From Gammaproteobacteria bacterium (GTDB lineage Bacteria; Pseudomonadota; Gammaproteobacteria; PS1; Pseudothioglobaceae), in NCBI GenBank assembly GCA_016845205.1, contig JAERTA010000068.1:1-56321 (forward strand): a DNA stretch of 56,321 nt. Reading direction: 5' to 3'. Below, piece after piece: positions 9,861 to 20,589 of this stretch (the first letter of the stretch is position 1; each line of letters opens with the position of its first letter). The notes beneath the pieces were generated by a model that was not told the DNA's origin, searched no databases, and was given only the letters and a program-made list of their open reading frames with translations. The translations under genes were made by a program, and so were the position numbers.

Positions 9861-10581
9861 CACACAATTGTTGCGCCTTAGCAAAATCTAGGGTGCCTTC
9901 GTAGATTGCACGCCCGGTAATTGCACCCATAATACCGTGGTGTGCTTCAACCAATAAATTAGAAATATCGTCCATATTGGTAATGCCGCCAGAAGCAATA
10001 ATATCAATAGAAGTTTGTTTGGCCAAATCAGCCGTTGCCTCAACATTCACCCCTTGCATCATGCCATCTCTAGCGATGTCGGTATAAACAATCGAGCTCA
10101 CGCCATCTTGCTCGAACTTTTTGGATAACTCTACCACATGCAGATCAGTTTGCTTGGCCCAACCCTCAGTTGCCACCAAACCATTATTAGCATCTAAACC
10201 AACAATAATCTTGCCGGGAAACTCTCGACATAGCTCAGATACAAACTCAGGGTGTGTGACTGCCATGGTGCCAATAATTAAATAACTAATGCCCGCTTCA
10301 ACATAAGTATTGGCAATCTCCATATTACGAATACCGCCACCAATCTGTACCGGTAAGTCTGGAAAAGCTTTGGTGATTTCTGTCACGCTAGCTGCGTTAA
10401 TTGGCTTACCCTCAAAGGCGCCGTTTAAGTCGACCAAATGTAGGCGCTTTGCACCTTGATCTACCCATTGTGCCGCCATCTCGGTCGGGTTATCAGAAAA
10501 CACCGTAGTGTCATCCATTAAGCCTTGTCTTAGGCGTACACACTGTCCATCTTTTAAATCAATTGCGGGAATAATAATCAT
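9850..10581 (-). CDS. hisA: HisA (ProFAR isomerase)
   Basis: [21 protein letters not shown]-terminus and (beta/alpha)8 HisA pattern. 243 aa. Confidence 0.9.
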   Translation of the reverse strand: MIIIPAIDLKDGQCVRLRQGLMDDTTVFSDNPTEMAAQWVDQGAKRLHLVDLNGAFEGKPINAASVTEITKAFPDLPVQIGGGIRNMEIANTYVEAGISYLIIGTMAVTHPEFVSELCREFPGKIIVGLDANNGLVATEGWAKQTDLHVVELSKKFEQDGVSSIVYTDIARDGMMQGVNVEATADLAKQTSIDIIASGGITNMDDISNLLVEAHHGIMGAITGRAIYEGTLDFAKAQQLCDAS

Positions 10582-10587
10582 ATTTTT

Positions 10588-12096
10588 TTATGCGTTGTTA
10601 TGACGACGATAACCAATAGCTTCAACTAAATGCTGCTTATCAACCATTTCACTATTATCTATATCAGCAATGGTTCTAGCAACTTTAAGTATTCGGTGAT
10701 AAGCTCGTGCTGAAAGTTGTAATTTATCAATGACAGATTCTAGCAACTGCGTATTTTCTTTATCTAACGGCACCATTTTTTCTACTTCATCAGGGGTGAG
10801 TAAATCGTTCGATTTGCTCTGCCTGTCCAGCTGCCTATTATAAGCACTTAGCACTCTATCGCGTATGCTTTCACTATTTTCAATCGACTCTTGAGATTGA
10901 CTCAGTAACACTTCTTTAGGTAATGGTGGCACATCTAGCACCATGTCAATACGGTCTAATAATGGGCCTGATATTTTTGAATGGTACTTATCAATTTGGT
11001 CTTCCGTGCAATGACACTTAGCCGTACCATCACCAAAATGGCCACAAGGACAAGGATTCATCGCACCAATGAGTTGGAAGTTTGCTGGAAAGGTGGTTTG
11101 TTGTGCTGCACGGGATAAATGCACTTCACCATTTTCTAAAGGTTGTCTTAATACTTCTAATACATGGCGAGGAAACTCAGGGAGTTCATCTAAAAATAAT
11201 ACGCCCTCATGTGCCAACGATATCTCGCCTGGTTTGGGGTTAGCGCCACCGCCCACTAAAGCCACTGCAGAGGATGAGTGGTGGGGTGATCTAAATGGTC
11301 GAGTTTGTAAATCGTCCAAGCCTAATGGTTTGTTTGCAACTGAATAAATCGAAGCGCGCTCTAATGCTTTATCGGTCGTTAATGGCGGCATGATCGACGG
11401 CAGCCTTTCTGAGAGCATGGTTTTGCCAGAGCCCGGAGGACCAATTAGTAGGATATTATGCCCGCCAGCGGCAGCAATTTCCAATGCACGCTTAGCATGG
11501 TATTGGCCTTTAACCTGAGAGAAGTCTTTGTTATATACAGCGGTTTTCTGTGTACTGATATCGGGCTTTTGTATCTTGGAAACACCTTGCAAAAATCCAC
11601 AAACTTCTAGTAAATGCTGGCCTGGATAAATCGATGCATTTTCAACTAACGCACCTTGATCGTAATTGTCTTTTGGGATGATAATGGCGTGCTGATTGTT
11701 TGTTGCTTCAACAATTGCAGGCAACAATCCTTCTGTTGGTCTGAGCAAACCATCAAGCCCTAATTCACCAAAAAATTCAAACTTTGTTATCTCAAGTTTA
11801 GGCTTAAGTTGCCCCGATGCAAGCAGCAAACCTAGGGCAATTGGCAAATCATAACGGCCGCCACTCTTAGGTAAATTGGCTGGCGCCAAACTCACGGTAA
11901 TTCGCTGGTTTGGGAATTTAAACTGTGAATTCATTAATGCACTACGTACACGATCTTTAGATTCTTTAACTGCACCTTCGGGCAAACCAACAATGGCAAA
12001 ACTTGGTAACCCACCAGAGATGTGAACTTCGATTGTCACTAAAGGCGCCTCTAAACCTGAGGATGCTCGAGTAAAGATCTTAGCTAATTGACTCAT
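10588..12096 (-). CDS. yifB: YifB/ComM-family Mg-chelatase-like AAA+ ATPase
   Basis: Lon-like N-terminal domain, Walker [10 protein letters not shown], and a C-terminal Mg-chelatase subunit ChlI-like region. Confidence 0.9.
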   Translation of the reverse strand: MSQLAKIFTRASSGLEAPLVTIEVHISGGLPSFAIVGLPEGAVKESKDRVRSALMNSQFKFPNQRITVSLAPANLPKSGGRYDLPIALGLLLASGQLKPKLEITKFEFFGELGLDGLLRPTEGLLPAIVEATNNQHAIIIPKDNYDQGALVENASIYPGQHLLEVCGFLQGVSKIQKPDISTQKTAVYNKDFSQVKGQYHAKRALEIAAAGGHNILLIGPPGSGKTMLSERLPSIMPPLTTDKALERASIYSVANKPLGLDDLQTRPFRSPHHSSSAVALVGGGANPKPGEISLAHEGVLFLDELPEFPRHVLEVLRQPLENGEVHLSRAAQQTTFPANFQLIGAMNPCPCGHFGDGTAKCHCTEDQIDKYHSKISGPLLDRIDMVLDVPPLPKEVLLSQSQESIENSESIRDRVLSAYNRQLDRQSKSNDLLTPDEVEKMVPLDKENTQLLESVIDKLQLSARAYHRILKVARTIADIDNSEMVDKQHLVEAIGYRRHNNA

Positions 12097-13115
12097 ACAG
12101 CTTCCAACTCCTCAAGACTCCATCTTGGCTTAACGATAATCTCACTACCTACTGATGCTTGACCTTTGGTTAGTCTTAAATGCCCTGCCAAAGCGATCAT
12201 CGCACCATTGTCTGTACAAAATTCTTGACGTGGATAAAACACGTTAGCTTCTAATTTTTTGCCCATTTTGTCTAAAACTTGTCGCAACGATTGATTGGCA
12301 CTCACGCCACCTGCCACCACCAAGGTTGAGTAATGGGTTTGCTCTAATGCGCGTCGGCACTTAATCATTAACGTTTGTGTCGCTGCCACTTCGAAAGCCT
12401 TGGCAATGTCGGCCTTTTGCTCTGGGTGGTTGGCAAAAGTATTGCGCGCAAACGTTTTAAGCCCACTAAAACTAAAATCTAATCCTGGTCGATCCGTCAT
12501 CGGTCTGGGAAATTTAAACTGTGTTTCATCGCCTTGTTCAGCCAATGCTGCGAGCGCGGGACCACCTGGATAACCCAAGCCTAAAATTTTGGCAGTCTTA
12601 TCAAATGCTTCGCCCACGGCATCGTCTAAAGATTCACCCAATATTTGATAATCGCCAATGCCTTTAACATCGACTAACATCGTGTGCCCACCTGATACCA
12701 AGAGCGCCACAAATGGAAACTGTGGTTGTGTGTCTTCAAGTAATGGTGCCAACAAATGACCTTCCATATGATGCACTGCCAAGGCAGGAATGCTTAAACT
12801 CCAAGCCAAACTTTTAGCAACTGACGAGCCCACCAACAAAGCCCCTGCCAAACCTGGACCGGCCGTATAAGCAATACCACTAATATCTTCTAGTTGCATG
12901 TCAGCTTCAGATAAAACCACTTTGATCAAAGGAATGGTGCGCTGAATATGATCACGCGAAGCTAACTCTGGTACCACCCCACCATATTCAGCGTGCATCT
13001 CCACTTGAGAAAATAATTGATGGGCAATTAAGCCTTGATCTGATGAATATAGACCGATACCGGTTTCATCACAAGAGCTTTCAATACCTAGTGTAACAAA
13101 GGGTTTAGTGTTCAC
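12093..13115 (-). CDS. tsaD: tRNA N6-adenosine threonylcarbamoyltransferase TsaD
   Basis: Motifs [16 protein letters not shown] and VSGGHT, and a Kae1/TsaD C-terminus (CTDNGAMIA). Confidence 0.95.
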   Translation of the reverse strand: MNTKPFVTLGIESSCDETGIGLYSSDQGLIAHQLFSQVEMHAEYGGVVPELASRDHIQRTIPLIKVVLSEADMQLEDISGIAYTAGPGLAGALLVGSSVAKSLAWSLSIPALAVHHMEGHLLAPLLEDTQPQFPFVALLVSGGHTMLVDVKGIGDYQILGESLDDAVGEAFDKTAKILGLGYPGGPALAALAEQGDETQFKFPRPMTDRPGLDFSFSGLKTFARNTFANHPEQKADIAKAFEVAATQTLMIKCRRALEQTHYSTLVVAGGVSANQSLRQVLDKMGKKLEANVFYPRQEFCTDNGAMIALAGHLRLTKGQASVGSEIIVKPRWSLEELEAV

Positions 13116-13839
13116 TACTTGATTCGCCTAAATAGACTTTTTTCACATCCTCGTGAGATAAAATTTCTGCTTTATTGCCTTTGGCAATAATTGCCCCATC
13201 ATGGAGCACGTAAGAGTGATCACAAGTATCTAGCATTTCACGATAATTGTGGTCAGTAATCAACACGCCAATGCCTTTGTCACGAAGATGATAAATAATT
13301 TGTTGAATATCGCCTACTGAGATTGGATCAACACCAGCGAAAGGCTCGTCTAACAAAACAAATTTTGGATTCATTGCCAATGCTCTGGCAATCTCAACAC
13401 GTCTACGTTCGCCACCCGAAAGACTTAAACCATCAATATGACGAATATGTTCAATGTTGAATTCAGCTAATAACTCTTCTAATCGGTGCTGTCTTTGTTG
13501 TTTGTCTAGCTGAGAATTAAGCTCTAAAACCGCCATAATATTGTCTTCAACAGATAGCTTTCTAAAAATTGATGGCTCTTGTGGCAAATAACCCAGACCT
13601 AGTTTTGCGCGTTTATGCATGGGCAATTTACTGACTTTATGTTGATCAATAAACACTTGACCTTTGTCTGCTCTTACCAATCCACAAGCAATGTAAAAAC
13701 ACGTCGTCTTTCCGGCACCATTTGGGCCTAATAAACCAACAATTTCGCCAGCCTTAACTTCAAAAGAAACATCGCTCACGACCTCGCGTCGGGCGTATTT
13801 TTTTCGGATATTTTGAACAGTTAATGTGTTTTCTTGCAT
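13105..13839 (-). CDS. lptB: LPS export ABC transporter ATP-binding protein LptB
   Basis: Walker [13 protein letters not shown] signature LSGGERRR, Walker B LLDEPFAG. LptB-sized (244 aa). Confidence 0.85.
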   Translation of the reverse strand: MQENTLTVQNIRKKYARREVVSDVSFEVKAGEIVGLLGPNGAGKTTCFYIACGLVRADKGQVFIDQHKVSKLPMHKRAKLGLGYLPQEPSIFRKLSVEDNIMAVLELNSQLDKQQRQHRLEELLAEFNIEHIRHIDGLSLSGGERRRVEIARALAMNPKFVLLDEPFAGVDPISVGDIQQIIYHLRDKGIGVLITDHNYREMLDTCDHSYVLHDGAIIAKGNKAEILSHEDVKKVYLGESSSEH

Positions 13840-13877
13840 AAATTAACAAAGCATTGTTTTGAGTGCTTAATCTTACC

Positions 13878-14657
13878 CTAAATTAGACGAATTTGTTCGG
13901 AGCTATAAGCCTCAATCATTGAGCCACCTACATCAATCATCAGTGCGCCTTGTGCATTAATTCCACTTGCGATACCAATGGTTTTTTTATCTTGATAATT
14001 AAGCTCTAGTCGTTTGCCTAATAGGTAGTCATGTTTAGCCCATTGGGATTGAAAATTATCAAGTCCTCGCTGCTCAAAATACTGGCAATAATATAATAAA
14101 TTTTTTATTATCTTGCCTTGTAATTCAACAAGGTTAACCATTTTTCCTGTAATTTTAAATAGATCTACCCAAGGTGTTTCACACTCAAAATCATCACTTA
14201 AGTAGTGATTTAGCCCTAATCCAATAACAACAGATTGGGTATTCTTTTGCACGCTATTTTCAATCAAAATACCAGCCAGTTTTTTGTTGTCAAAAAAAAC
14301 ATCATTTGGCCATTTAAGCTTTAAATGATCAATGCCATAATCGTTTTTCAAAACATCAATGACAGACAGGCCAGCGATTAAACTTAAGCCGTTAAGATTA
14401 GTGTCTATTGAAAATGGATATCGCAATGACAGCAAAATACTGCTGTCTTTTTTACTTAACCAGGCTCGCTGGTACTGACCTTTTCCGGCTGTTTGCTCTC
14501 TAGCAATGCAAACCTTAACATCTTTAGAAAAAGGTAATTTAGCTAAATAGTCGTTAGTGCTAGTTGTCGACTCTAAAACAAAACACTCAACACCATCGGG
14601 TAGCTCTAAAGCAGAATAGTCAACCACGTAACAACTACCAACATTAATGACAACCAC
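13878..14657 (-). CDS. birA: Biotin-[acetyl-CoA-carboxylase] ligase BirA, without an N-terminal HTH domain
   Basis: Motifs EQTAGKGQYQRAW and KWPNDV. The start is uncertain: GTG at 14657 overlaps dgkA by 52 nt, while an alternative GTG at 14617 overlaps by 12 nt. Confidence 0.8.
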   Translation of the reverse strand: MVVINVGSCYVVDYSALELPDGVECFVLESTTSTNDYLAKLPFSKDVKVCIAREQTAGKGQYQRAWLSKKDSSILLSLRYPFSIDTNLNGLSLIAGLSVIDVLKNDYGIDHLKLKWPNDVFFDNKKLAGILIENSVQKNTQSVVIGLGLNHYLSDDFECETPWVDLFKITGKMVNLVELQGKIIKNLLYYCQYFEQRGLDNFQSQWAKHDYLLGKRLELNYQDKKTIGIASGINAQGALMIDVGGSMIEAYSSEQIRLI

Positions 14658-14962
14658 ACAGCAGCAGAGCCCATATCTTTTGCTACACCCGAAAGCACGT
14701 GATACTCATCGCCAATTCGATCAACCACTGACTCAATTGCTGAGTTTAAAACTTCAACAATTAAAACTAATACAACCGGGAGGATTAATAACACTTGCTC
14801 AATAGGCGAATCACTAAGCCAAAAAACTGAGGGTATTAATATGATACTAAGCCAAACCTCTTGTCTAAAAGCATCCTCTGATTGGTAACATGATTTTAAT
14901 CCTTGCATAGAAAACCTGTACGCACTAACGATTCTACTAAATCCTTTTGCCTCATTTTTCAT
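14606..14962 (-). CDS. dgkA: Diacylglycerol kinase
   Basis: 118 aa, three TM helices, and a DgkA-like N-terminus (GFSRIVSAYRFSMQGLK...AFRQE). Confidence 0.85.
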   Translation of the reverse strand: MKNEAKGFSRIVSAYRFSMQGLKSCYQSEDAFRQEVWLSIILIPSVFWLSDSPIEQVLLILPVVLVLIVEVLNSAIESVVDRIGDEYHVLSGVAKDMGSAAVWLSLMLVVVTWLTILL

Positions 14963-15035
14963 GTTCTTGTTCTATGCTCCAAGCGTATAAAATAGCTAAA
15001 TTGATTTTACATTAATTAAGGTTACTTAGAGATTT

Positions 15036-15779
15036 ATGAAATTAGCACTCGGTGTTGAATATTTGGGCACAGACTTCCATGGTTGGCAGCTGCAAAAATC
15101 TGGTATTCGCACAGTTCAACAGGTGGTCGAAGAGGCGCTCTCTAGTATTGCTGATGAACCAGTTCGCGTGTTTTGCTCAGGCAGAACTGATGCGGGTGTG
15201 CACGCCATTGAGCAAATAATTCACTTCGAAACCAATGTAAAACGTGAAGATAAAGCCTGGCTATTTGGTGGTAATGTTAACCTGCCTCATGATGTAAATT
15301 TTAAATGGGTTAAACAAGTTAATGATGATTTTCATGCACGTTTTAATGCCTATGCCAGGCAGTATCATTACAAAATTCACAACACACCGGTACGCTCTGC
15401 ACTAATAGGCACTCATTCGCTTTGGGAACCAAGGGAATTAGACATAGCAGCCATGAGTACGGCAGCCGAATATTTGCTTGGTGAGCATGATTTCTCTAGT
15501 TTTAGAGGGAGTCTGTGTCAGGCGAAATCGCCAATTAAAACCATTGAGTTTATTCGGTTAACTCAGACTGGTGATGAAATCTTACTAGACATTAAGGCCA
15601 ACGCATTTTTGCACCACATGGTGCGCAATATTGTGGGCACTTTACTCAAGGTTGGTAGAGGTGAAAAGCCAATTGAATGGGTTAAAGAAGTATTGGAAGC
15701 AAAAGACAGGAAACGTGCTGGTGCTACAGCACCACCACAAGGGCTGTATTTCTTGAAAGCTTTTTACAATAGCCTTTAA
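15036..15779 (+). CDS. truA: tRNA pseudouridine(38-40) synthase TruA
   Basis: Catalytic motif GRTDAGVHA and the HHMVRNIVG motif. Confidence 0.95.
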   Translation: MKLALGVEYLGTDFHGWQLQKSGIRTVQQVVEEALSSIADEPVRVFCSGRTDAGVHAIEQIIHFETNVKREDKAWLFGGNVNLPHDVNFKWVKQVNDDFHARFNAYARQYHYKIHNTPVRSALIGTHSLWEPRELDIAAMSTAAEYLLGEHDFSSFRGSLCQAKSPIKTIEFIRLTQTGDEILLDIKANAFLHHMVRNIVGTLLKVGRGEKPIEWVKEVLEAKDRKRAGATAPPQGLYFLKAFYNSL

Positions 15780-15793
15780 TATTTTTTTCAGTC

Positions 15794-17737
15794 TTAGAAA
15801 ATAAGACTCATCATTGTCATCATTACAACAATAAATAAAATTGTCATGATGCCACCTGCCTTAATAAAGTCGGCCACTTTGTAGCCTCCAGGACCCATAA
15901 TTAACGCATTGACTTGATGTGTTGGAATCAAAAATGAATTTGAAGTGGCAATTGCAACAGTCAAGGCGTATACCGCTGGATCTGCACCAACCTGAATTGC
16001 AATATTAACTGCAATAGGAACCAATAAAATTGTTGCGCCAACATTAGACATAACCAACGTGAAGAATGTTGCCAAGACGGCAATAGACGTTAAAATAATC
16101 CATGGGGCCATATCACCAACAACTTTAACTGTTTCTTGCGCAACCCAAAGAGCGGTACCAGTTTTAGAAACAGCAAGGCCTAATGGGATTAAACTTGCAA
16201 GTAAAAATACTGTTTTCCAAGATACTGCTCGATAAGCTTCTTCAATCTTAAGAACGTTGGTTAGAATCATTCCTAACGCACCTGTCATCAAGGCAATTGA
16301 CAACTTGATATCTGTGAACAATATTAAAAATAAGGCGATACCAAAAAATACGCCTGCCCATTTAACTTTCTCAGGTCTTGATTCTTCTTGTCTTGGATAG
16401 TCAGAAGTTGCAATAATAAAATCTTTATTGTCTTGTAATCGATCAAGGTCTTCCCAACAAACATGGGCAACAATCGTGTCACCAGACTGAAATTCCATAT
16501 CTCGGATACCTTCTCCTTCTTTCAAGGTCTCTCCGTTTCTATGTAACGCCACCATAGCAATACCATAGGCCTTTCTAAGCCAAACGTCTCGTGCTGTTTT
16601 GCCAATCAAGCTGGAATTTGGTGGAATTACCACCTCTGCTGTACCGCAATTCTGAGTAGACAATAAATCGGTAAATTGTTCAATTTTGTCAGATAATTCT
16701 AGCTTAAACCCTTCAACGAAACTCTCAACATTAATACGCGACGTTAATACGCCAATCGTCGTGTTAGGCTGAATAGTTGTGTCTCTATCTACTGAATCAT
16801 GCCCAATAATGCCATTGCCTTTTTCATCCTGTAGGGCGACAACTCGAACTTTTGAAATAGTTTCTATCTCATCTAATTTAAGCCCAACAAGCTTACTGCC
16901 TTCAGGAACTCTAATTTCGTATAAATCATAATCAATCTGATAAACTTTCTGAAGATACTCAACCGCAGAAACGCTTTTATCTTCTTTCTCTTCTTGTTTT
17001 GGTAAGACAAATTTACCAGCAATAACAAAATAAATAATGCCCGTTGCAACTAACGCTACACCAATTGGCGTTACCGAAAACAAACCCCATGTCTCCATCT
17101 GATTTTCAGCTGATAAGCCTTGGTTGGTTGTTAGAATTAAATCGTTTAACAAAATCAATGGACTTGAGCCAACCATTGTCATCGTACCACCTAAAATGGC
17201 AGTAAAACCCATTGGCATCAATAATCTTGACATTGGAACGCCTGACTTTGATGAGATGCGACTCACAACTGGAATAAACAATGCAGCTGCACCAACGTTT
17301 TGCATAAATGATGATATAAAGCCAACTGTTGAAGAAACGATTGGAATAATTTTGGTCTCTGACGTACCGCCTTTCTTTACAATGAACGCCGCGACCTTCG
17401 TCATTAGGCCAGTTTTATCTAAACCTGCGCCAATAATCATAACAGCAATAATTGAAATAACAGCATTTGATGAAAAGCCATCGAATAATCTGTTGTTATC
17501 GACTAATCCCTCTTCTAAGCCCATCAATACATAAATTAATGGCAACGAAGTCAATCCTAAGATCACCATAATAGTAATGGCTGCCTCATCTACCTCGACA
17601 ACTTCAAATGCAAAAAGATAAATCGTCAACAGTAGAATAGCCAGCATCCAAGCAATTGGTGTTGTGGGCGCAACAGTTGACAAAAATAGAGTGAACGCGG
17701 CAAAAATAATGCCTGCAATGACTTTTACGTTAAGCAT
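15794..17737 (-). CDS. SLC13/DASS-like anion permease with two central TrkA-C (RCK_C) domains
   Basis: 647 aa. Two polytopic membrane halves flank two soluble repeats (YEIRVPEGSKLVGLKLDEI... and AEVVIPPNSSLIGKTARDV...) typical of TrkA-C. Same strand as the SulP gene and 55 nt downstream of it. Confidence 0.7.
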   Translation of the reverse strand: MLNVKVIAGIIFAAFTLFLSTVAPTTPIAWMLAILLLTIYLFAFEVVEVDEAAITIMVILGLTSLPLIYVLMGLEEGLVDNNRLFDGFSSNAVISIIAVMIIGAGLDKTGLMTKVAAFIVKKGGTSETKIIPIVSSTVGFISSFMQNVGAAALFIPVVSRISSKSGVPMSRLLMPMGFTAILGGTMTMVGSSPLILLNDLILTTNQGLSAENQMETWGLFSVTPIGVALVATGIIYFVIAGKFVLPKQEEKEDKSVSAVEYLQKVYQIDYDLYEIRVPEGSKLVGLKLDEIETISKVRVVALQDEKGNGIIGHDSVDRDTTIQPNTTIGVLTSRINVESFVEGFKLELSDKIEQFTDLLSTQNCGTAEVVIPPNSSLIGKTARDVWLRKAYGIAMVALHRNGETLKEGEGIRDMEFQSGDTIVAHVCWEDLDRLQDNKDFIIATSDYPRQEESRPEKVKWAGVFFGIALFLILFTDIKLSIALMTGALGMILTNVLKIEEAYRAVSWKTVFLLASLIPLGLAVSKTGTALWVAQETVKVVGDMAPWIILTSIAVLATFFTLVMSNVGATILLVPIAVNIAIQVGADPAVYALTVAIATSNSFLIPTHQVNALIMGPGGYKVADFIKAGGIMTILFIVVMMTMMSLIF

Positions 17738-17792
17738 AATAGCAAGATAGGATAAATTGAGCCTTATTTTAACCTAAAAAAATAAGTAACCT

Positions 17793-19550
17793 TTACGATA
17801 TTAAGTGTTTTAACGGGCTTTTTGATGCAGCTTCTTCATCACCCAACTCTCTCCAGGCAAAGCGCAATGCGTTAGTACGACGATTATAAAAACGGTTGTC
17901 GCCAAATCTATCCATGAAACCCGCTCTTTTCAATACTTTCTCAATACCTTCAGTACGGGCAAACAAGATTTCCACACCATTAGAAGAACAACGATCCAAT
18001 AAACGAGTAAGCATGTCCTCCCCACTAGCGTCAATCCAGTTAATCCCTGCCATATCAACAATAATATACCTTAGACATTTGTGTTTTTCTGCAATTAGTT
18101 TAAGTATCTTGTCTTCAAAATAACCTGCATTAGCAAAATACAGCGACCCCGAATATTTAACAATAGACACCACCTCACATCGTTCTAACTTATTTTCTAA
18201 AGCGTCAACAAACATGGTAGATCCGTCATGCGCAGATAATTCGGTAAATCTAGGCTCCATCGTACGGTAAAGAAACAAACCTAACGATAAAATTATGCCG
18301 ATCATAATACCATTTTCTAAACTCGGAGCAAAAACTAGCGTCAAAGCAAATGTAATGACTGCTACAAACGCATCATGTTTTTCAACTTTCCAGGCTTGCT
18401 TAATAGGCTCAATTTTAATCAGATTAAGAACGGCTGTCATAATAACGGCCGCAAGCGCCGCTTGCGGAATATGATAAAGCAGATCTGTTAACCATAATAG
18501 CGTAAATCCAACCAGTATAGCTGTAACAACCGATGAAAATCCAGTCACTGCTCCAGCAGAAATATTAACCGCAGAACGGGAAAATGACCCTGATATTGGG
18601 TACCCTTGAAACACACCTGAAACAAAATTTGCCAAACCTTGGCCCATCAGCTCTTGATTAATATCAAGACGCTGCTTTGTTTTAGCCTGCATAACTTTGG
18701 CAATGGCAATCGCTTCCATAAAACCAATCAATGCAATCGTGATGGCAATCACTACCATTTCGTTCATTGCTGAAAAGTCAACGTCTGGCATTATAAAATC
18801 AGGCAGCCCTTCTGGAATTTCACCAACTATCGCACCACCAAGCCCGCCTTCTTCAATAGGTTTACCAAAATCAATCAACCATGAAACAAAAGTGGCAGAA
18901 GCTACAGCAATCAACACGCCTGGTAATTTTGGCTGGTACCTTCTAATACCAATAATAATAATCGAAGCAACAATTGCAAAAACAAGGGTTATAAAATGGG
19001 TATTAGTTGCTGCATTAATAACCGTACCCCAAACCTGTTCATAACTGTATTCACCAGGCCCTTTGGCAACACCAAAAATCTTATTTAATTGTGAAGCAGC
19101 AATAATAATTGCTGCCGCATTAGTAAAGCCAATAACCACAGGATGGGATAAAAAATTTATCACAAAGCCTAGTTTCAGCGCTCCCATGGCGAATCGAAAA
19201 AATCCCACCATAAGTGCAAGTAACGAAGCGTAAGCTGCGTAGGTCACCATATCTGCTCCTTCAGGAACAACCGATGGTATAGCTGCAGCAGTTAGAAGGG
19301 ATACAATGGCAACAGGGCCCGTGCCTAATTGACGAGAAGAGCCCATCAAGGCTGCTATCATTACAGGCAAAAATGACGCATATAAACCGTATTGTGGCGC
19401 TAGCCCTGCTAGTTGTGCGTATGCCATTGATTGTGGCACCAAAACCAATGCAACCGTTAAACCTGCAACAATATCAGCTCTTAGAACTTTCTGATCTTTT
19501 AACTCGTGTATCCAAGCCAAGAAAGGAAAAAACTTTGCAAATTTATTCAT
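17793..19550 (-). CDS. SulP-family anion (sulfate/bicarbonate) transporter with C-terminal STAS domain
   Basis: SulP N-terminal signature (ADIVAGLTVALVLVPQSMAYAQLAGL) and a STAS-like C-terminus. Start taken at the ATG at 19550; the track uses TTG at 19568. Confidence 0.85.
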   Translation of the reverse strand: MNKFAKFFPFLAWIHELKDQKVLRADIVAGLTVALVLVPQSMAYAQLAGLAPQYGLYASFLPVMIAALMGSSRQLGTGPVAIVSLLTAAAIPSVVPEGADMVTYAAYASLLALMVGFFRFAMGALKLGFVINFLSHPVVIGFTNAAAIIIAASQLNKIFGVAKGPGEYSYEQVWGTVINAATNTHFITLVFAIVASIIIIGIRRYQPKLPGVLIAVASATFVSWLIDFGKPIEEGGLGGAIVGEIPEGLPDFIMPDVDFSAMNEMVVIAITIALIGFMEAIAIAKVMQAKTKQRLDINQELMGQGLANFVSGVFQGYPISGSFSRSAVNISAGAVTGFSSVVTAILVGFTLLWLTDLLYHIPQAALAAVIMTAVLNLIKIEPIKQAWKVEKHDAFVAVITFALTLVFAPSLENGIMIGIILSLGLFLYRTMEPRFTELSAHDGSTMFVDALENKLERCEVVSIVKYSGSLYFANAGYFEDKILKLIAEKHKCLRYIIVDMAGINWIDASGEDMLTRLLDRCSSNGVEILFARTEGIEKVLKRAGFMDRFGDNRFYNRRTNALRFAWRELGDEEAASKSPLKHLIS

Positions 19551-19731
19551 GAAATTAGCTACTTTCAAATATTACAAGAATGACTCTGTTTCTTACTACA
19601 GAGTGTGTTTAGAGATTTTAACTTAGCGATTGTAAAAAATAAAATCGCTTGTGCTTTTATATATTAGATAATTATAACATACTTATAGGCTAACCCTTCT
19701 CAGGATTGGCCTACACTACACTATATCAAAA

Positions 19732-20535
19732 CTAAGCAAAGAATGTGCCGACAGCCGCACCAAGTGTATCTCGCATATCCACATCATCCGTTAACGGCTC
19801 AACAAGTGCCATGTGACAAGCGTCTTCCGGACTAATACCTTTAGCAATCAGTTGGCCTGCATATATTAACAAACGAGTTGACATGCCTTCATCTAAACCA
19901 TGGCCTTTTAAGTTACGCGAACGTTGTGCAACTTGAACTAGCTTTTCTGCTGTTTCTTTATCAATACCAGTCTCATGTGAAACAATTTCCACTTCCATCT
20001 CACTAGGCGGGTAATCAAACGACATACCACCAAAACGCTGCTTTGTTGATTGCTTCAAATCTTTCATCATAGACTGATAGCCTGGATTATATGAAATTAC
20101 AATTTGAAAATCAGGGTGTGCATCAACTTGTTCACCTTTTTTCTCAAGTGGCAATTGACGACGATGATCAGTTAGTGGGTGAATAACTACTGTCGTATCT
20201 TGGCGAGCCTCTACTATTTCATCAAGGTAACAGATAGCACCTATACGAGCCGCAGTGGTTAGTGGCCCATCTTGCCATTTTGTGCCATTTGCATCAAGCA
20301 AGAAACGACCAACCAAGTCTGATGCTGTCATATCCTCATTACAAGCAACACTAATTAGAGGCTTTTGCAGCTTCCACGCCATATATTCAACAAATCTTGA
20401 TTTTCCACAACCTGTAGGTCCTTTTAATAAGACTGGCATACGGGCAGAATATGCCGCTTCATAGCGCTCAACCTCTTGACCAACCTTATGATAGTAAGGC
20501 TCTTCAGTTATCATGTATTGACTTGTATCTATCAT
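19732..20535 (-). CDS. cbbQ: CbbQ, MoxR-type AAA+ Rubisco activase subunit
   Basis: 267 aa, Walker A GPTGCGKS, Walker B YLDEIVEA. CbbQ/NirQ/NorQ-like throughout and adjacent to cbbO. Confidence 0.9.
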   Translation of the reverse strand: MIDTSQYMITEEPYYHKVGQEVERYEAAYSARMPVLLKGPTGCGKSRFVEYMAWKLQKPLISVACNEDMTASDLVGRFLLDANGTKWQDGPLTTAARIGAICYLDEIVEARQDTTVVIHPLTDHRRQLPLEKKGEQVDAHPDFQIVISYNPGYQSMMKDLKQSTKQRFGGMSFDYPPSEMEVEIVSHETGIDKETAEKLVQVAQRSRNLKGHGLDEGMSTRLLIYAGQLIAKGISPEDACHMALVEPLTDDVDMRDTLGAAVGTFFA

Positions 20536-20589
20536 CTTTTCCTTTGTATTTAGTTAATATTAATTTGAGAATGTATTTTACCTAATTAT

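Noticed and set aside
19583-19650. Two short hairpins (ACTCTGT-N8-ACAGAGT at 19583-19604; AGCGATT-N11-AATCGCT at 19624-19648) between cbbQ and the SulP gene, considered as terminator or riboswitch
   Set aside because: The stems are only 7 bp and AT-rich, without a clear U-tract, so they are too weak to call by eye. They could be revisited if Term-seq or RNA-seq shows a 3' end here.
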